From the NCBI GenBank assembly GCA_028534125.1, contig CM052816.1:78122001-78186000 (forward strand): a stretch of DNA of 64,000 nt, read 5' to 3'. The translations under genes were made by a program, and so were the position numbers. This document shows, piece after piece, positions 58,937-64,000 of the stretch. The first letter of the stretch is position 1; the number at the start of each line of letters is the position of its first letter. This stretch comes from Lama glama. Taxonomy: Eukaryota. The notes under the pieces are model-generated. The model did not search any database, was not told the origin of the DNA, and saw only the letters and a list, made by a program, of their open reading frames with translations.

Positions 58937-59559
58937 CAGCTGACCTTGGAACAACATGGGTTTGAACTGCATGGGTCCACTTATACACAGATTTTTTTTA
59001 TAATAAATACTCCAGTACTATATGATCCACAGTTGGTTGAATCTGAGGATGTGGAACCTTGGAAATGGAGGAACTGTGTAAATGGAGGTCTGACTATAAG
59101 TTACACTCAGATTTTTTTTTTTAATTGAAGTGTAGTTGATTTACAATGTTGTGTTAGTTTCTGGTGTTCTAGATTCAGTTAAATATATACATATATATAT
59201 CCTTTTTCAGATTCTTTTCCATTATAGTTTATTACAAGATATTAAATATAGTTTCCTGTGCTATAAACTCCTAATTTATCCATTCCCCCACTTTCTCTTT
59301 TACCATTAGTTTGTTTTTTATATCTCTGTTTCTGTTTTGTAAAGTTCACCTGTATCATTTTTTTTTTTAGATTCCACATTTAAGTGATATCATATGATAC
59401 TTGTCTTTCTGTCTTACTTCACTTAGTACAATAATCTCTAGGTCCATCCATGTTGCTGCAAATGGCATTATTTCATTCTTCATCATGCTTGTATACTCAG
59501 ATTTTTGACTGCTCAGAGCGCTGGTGTCCCTAATCCCTGCATTATTCAAGGGTTAACTG
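58937..59559. mobile_element. Tigger2a-like Tc1/mariner MITE, split by an L1
   Basis: TIRs cagctgaccttggaacaa / ttattcaagggttaactg with TA on both sides (58935-58936 and 59560-59561). Confidence 0.85.
59117..59491 (-). mobile_element. 5'-truncated young L1 inside the Tigger element
   Basis: 15-bp TSD ta(c/t)actcagattttt at 59102-59116 and 59492-59506. Confidence 0.88.
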
Positions 59560-61382
59560 TATTTGTATTCATGCCTACCATCTTATTTCATGTTCTCTAT
59601 TCACCAAGATTTTCCTCTGCTTCTTTTTCTCTTTTCCTGCCTTTTATTGAAATGATTGGGCTTTCTTCAATGGCATGTCAAGAGCATTTCAGTGGAAGTA
59701 GTATAGGCAATGAGGGGGTACATTTTCTGTACAGAATTTTAAGACAATAATAAAATCAACTAAAGAAGAGACTACTTTTTCTTATCACCATGTGCTGGCA
59801 ATTCTAAAAATGTCAGTTCAGAAATTTGTTTTGTTGTTTTTTGCTATGATCAGTGCTGCATTTTGACAATATATATGTAAGCTTCAAATTAGCATATTTT
59901 ATTACTTATCTTTTAATAAACATTGCATTCTACATGAAGTTAGTTTGGCAAGCTCCCAGTTATACCATCAGCATCACATACATTCATACATATACTCACC
60001 TACATACATTTTCAGATAACATTTTTAATGGTTCAGAATCATTCAAGCTTCCTTCAAGGATAGTTTCATACCTCTAATCCCTGTTGTACTACACATTCTT
60101 GCACTTAAACAGTACATTCAAAATAAATAATGATTATAAAAGTCAAAGAAACAAAATGACTATCTTTCATTCTGCTATTCTTTCTATGCCAGAAAAAACA
60201 AGACTCCAGACTAGGTCAGCAGAATACAAAAAGGCAATGTTTGAACACTCAAGTGTCTTCATCAAAAACACTCTAAAGCAATGGATCATTTAAGACAACA
60301 TTTGCACTGTTTAGCCATTTTCTCTGATTTTTACAGAAAAAAAGCTTTTCAAGCTTTTACCAAATATATTAGAAAATGATGAATTTTCTGGAGAAAGAGA
60401 TTTTAGTAAAAAATATTTCAAAAACGGAGATATTTAAAAGCTAGTAGAACTGATATCAAAGGAAAAAAGATATGGTCAACATTGCAGGTTCAGGAGTCTA
60501 TTATAAAACTATACTTTTAATGAAACTGCCAAATTTATCCTTATGGTCCTCTTTTCCTAATTTTACATACACACATACATGTATGCATGAAAAACTTTTT
60601 TTAATAAACACAGAATGACAAATTTGATATATTGTATATTAAACACAAATACGCAAAGAATGCCCATTTAGATGAAATCACTGACAGATTTGCAAAGGCT
60701 GTCAATTTCTCTTCTGAATATTACTATTTGTTTCAGTTCATAATTATCACTGAAAATAATTTGTCACACAGAGAAAGGTGGTATTAAAAAATGACCCACT
60801 CCATGATTCAAAAATATAAAGGACATCAATGCTTTTCTTTATATTTTTTCCTTTTACTATTTTGGAGGTCACACAATTTCTTTCTTTCTTCTTTTTTTTT
60901 TTTACCCTCCCCCCACACAATTTATTTCTATTCTTTGGGCACCTACTCTTAAAATTGTAACTTGCAACTTGACTTAAGCTAATCTAAAGTTAACTAACAT
61001 CTCTAGCTTCTTCCCAAATAATATAGCTTCAAAATGATAAACTGATTCCACTCTCCCAAGTTCCACATGATTATTCACAGTAATTTTAGATCTACTTTGT
61101 CTTTAAATCCCCCCAAACTTATCCACCAACATTAATTAACAAAATGTTTATTAACTTTTCAACACATTGCTACCTGCTGTCCATTTATTATTTTGAGTTC
61201 TATTTCCTTACTCCTGAAGTATATCCTTTAGAGTTCTTTCAACAAGGGCTGTCAGTAGTAAACTCAGATTTTTTTAAAATTTGCTCTCATTCATGAATAA
61301 ATGTCTAGCAAAGAAATTATCTCTACACTACTCTAAAAGATACCACTCTACTGAATTCTTAAATTACCACTGAAATACTTAC

Positions 61383-61578
61383 TTCTTCCTCTTCTGAATC
61401 ACCATCATCATCATCATCTTCTTCCACTTCTTCACCAAGAGGTGGAGGTAAAGGACCAAGGATATCTTCCTCCATCCGATTAACCGGTTCTTCCACCATT
61501 TTAAGGGGTAAAGGGGGGCCAATTAACTCATCATCAGAAGAATTAGAACTCTCTTCACTTTCACTGCTGCTCGTATCC
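61383..61578 (-). CDS. WDR70: WDR70 internal coding exon, 196 nt (probably equivalent to human exon 5); acidic/proline-rich N-terminal region
   Basis: Acceptor ctgtattttcAG (CT at 61579-61580) and donor GTAAGTAT (AC at 61381-61382). 1 nt + 65 codons: DTSSSESEESSNSSDDELIGPPLPLKMVEEPVNRMEEDILGPLPPPLGEEVEEDDDDDGDSEEEE, matching recalled WDR70 DELIGPPLP...EEDILGPLPPPL. Confidence 0.95.
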
Positions 61579-61839
61579 CTGAAAATACAGAAACAGAAAT
61601 TCATAGTCTTTGCCAAAACAAAGAACATACTCTGGAGATAGTACTGATTTCTCAGGAAATCCTGACTCTCCATTTAACAACTGAGTTTTTCAAATGTTTT
61701 TATCTTTCTGACCTCAGAGTAAAGACTCATTTCTTAAACAAAACACAAAGCAAAAAACACAAAAGAAAAAGTTTTCTAATTTTATTAGAATATATTAAAA
61801 TTTGAAATTTACTTTTAATAACCACTGAAAAGATTTTTA

Positions 61840-63975
61840 AGTAATAAACCACCAATTAAGAGGAGAACACAAGCAACCCAACAGAAAACCTTGCGAGAGA
61901 CATAGTTCTTATTTTATCTACAGAAAAGAAAATACATGACCAATGAACCTTTGAAATAATGTACAACCATACTAATAACCAGCAAAATGCAAATGAACAT
62001 TAAGTATATCACCACACAGCAATAAGACTGGTAAAAATAAAAATGTCTAACAAGCACTGACAAGGATGTGGAGCAACTGGATCAATTATACTCTGCTGGT
62101 GGAAAGTAAATTGGAACTCTTAGAAAATAATTGAGCCAAATCTAAGATGAATGTGTACTTACTTAAAGACCTCGCAAGTCCATTACTAGGTATATACTCT
62201 AAAGCATAAAACAGGGGATAGCTATAGTGAGGTCTCTAAAAGCTTATTTTGTAACAGTATAGAAAACAGCAACCTGAAGTGACTAGACAATGGATAAACT
62301 CCTGTATATTTCTAAGTGGAAAACTAACATGCACTGAAAATGAATGAACTATAGATTCACTTGAGAGAACCTCAAAAACCTCTTGTTAAATAAAAAAGGA
62401 AAATTGAAAAAAATACATTCATCACAGCATTAATGACATCTATATAAAATAAGGAATCACACAAAATAATATATTATTTAGGAATACATTCATTATAATA
62501 AAATTATTAAAAAGAGGAAGGAAGGATAAACACAGAGGTTTCCCTTGTAGAGGAGCCAGAGAAAGGTGAGTTGACTACAAACCTCCTAGAAGAAAACACA
62601 GGCAAAATATTCTCTGACATAAATCTTAACAATGTTCTCCTAAGGCAGTCTACCCAGAAAATAGAAATAAAAGCAAAAATAAACAAAAGGGACCTAATTA
62701 AACTAATAAGCTTTTGCATAGCAAAGGAAAGAAAACAAAGACAACCTACGGAATGGAAGAAAGTATCTGCAAACAATGAGACTGACAAGGACTTAATTTT
62801 CAAAATATACAAACAGCTTCTACGACTTAGTAACAAAAAGACAAACAACCCAACCCAGAAATGGGCAGAAGACCTAAACAAACACTTCTCCAATGAAGAC
62901 ATACAAATGGGTAATGGGCACATGAAAAAGTGCTCAATATGGCTAATTATCAGGGAAATGTAAATCAAAACTACAATGAGGTATCATCTCACACCAGTCA
63001 GAAAGGCTATCACTAAAAAGTCCACAAATGACAAATGCTGAAGGAAGTGTGGAGAAAGGGGTATATATACTGTTGGTAGGAATGTAGTTTGGTACAGTCA
63101 TTATGGAAAAAGTATAGAGATACCTTAAGAAACTAAAAATAGATTTATCCTATGATCCAGCAATCCTACTCCTGGGCATATATCCAGAGAAACTCTAATT
63201 TGAAAAGACACATGCATCCCAATGTTCATAGCAGCACTATATACACCAGCCAAGACATGGAAACAACCTAAATGTCCATTAAGAGATGACTGAATAAAGA
63301 AGTTATGGTATATACATATACAATGGAATATACTAAAATATATATATTCTTTTCAGCCATAAAATAGAATAAAATAAAGTCATTGGCAGCATTAACATGG
63401 GTGGACCTGGAGCTTCTCATACTAAGTGAAGTAAGCCAGAAAGAGAAAGAAAAATAACATATAATATCATCGACATGTGGAATCTAAAAAAATGACACAA
63501 ATGAACTTATTTACAAAACAGAAACTGACTCACAGACATAGAAAACAAACTTATGGTTACTAGTGGGGATAAGTGGGGAGGTGGAGGGATAAAACTGGGA
63601 GTTCAGGATTTGTCGATACTAACTACTATATATAAAGCAGATAAACAACAAGGTCCTACTGTATAGCACAGGGAACTATATCCAATATCTTGTAATAGCC
63701 TATAATGAAAAAGAATATGAAAAGGAATGTATATGTGTGTGTAACTGTATTACTTTGCTGTACACCAGAAATTAACACAACACTGTAAAACAACTACACC
63801 TCAATTAAAAAAAAAAAAAGGAAGAAAGAAAGAAATATGAGTAGGTAGAAGATTTTAAAGCCATTGGTAAAGCTCTGTGTCTCGCACGCTGGGTATTTGT
63901 TTCATCGTTCTTTTTACTTTAAATGCAGGATATCTAAATTTTTATATGTATGACATACTTTATAACAAAAATTCT
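61840..63975 (+). mobile_element. Old L1ME 3' region interrupted by a younger L1
   Basis: caaggatgtggagcaactgga...aaaatgaatgaactata; resumes after 63830. Confidence 0.65.
62572..63830 (+). mobile_element. 5'-truncated young L1 (~1.25 kb) with a complete 3' end
   Basis: ORF2 C-terminus ([21 protein letters not shown]), 3' UTR and A-tail. Imperfect TSD agaaaggtgagt / agaaatatgagt. Confidence 0.92.
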
Positions 63976-64000
63976 TTGTTTAATTAAGGGGAAAAATGTC

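Larger units (their letters stand above)
58400..59660 (-). mobile_element. Ancient L1M ORF2 fragment hosting nested Tigger and L1 insertions
   Basis: gattgtagatttgtccatttcccctt...ttcaatctgagaat...tttagtccatttacat. Confidence 0.7.

Noticed and set aside
61579..61673. N-terminal part of the 104-aa ORF as a WDR70 start
   Set aside because: It is intronic read-through upstream of a canonical acceptor; the true 5' exons lie beyond the window.

Overview
Mammalian genomic DNA, most likely camelid: there are two tRNA-derived Vic-1-like SINEs and no Alu, B1, Bov-tA, PRE or CAN SINEs were recognised. The window lies entirely inside the WDR70 gene on the minus strand. Four internal coding exons (61383-61578, 34913-34972, 29295-29428, 7960-8113) have canonical AG/GT boundaries and splice in frame from the acidic N-terminal region into the first WD40 repeats. 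The introns are mostly transposon-derived: a near full-length decayed L1, many truncated young and old L1s, MIR, L2, CR1, MaLR/ERVL/ERV1 LTRs and hAT/Tigger elements, plus a 500-N assembly gap between two young L1 pieces. The most informative non-obvious items are a processed NUDT15 pseudogene antisense in a WDR70 intron, an L1 with a 3' transduction, a repeatedly used L1 target site with a twin-primed insertion, and a full-length L1 whose own 3' end is replaced by an older L1 tail. I see no evidence of a new multi-gene biological system. Repeat family names and human protein comparisons are from memory of consensus sequences, not database searches, and boundaries of old repeats are approximate.
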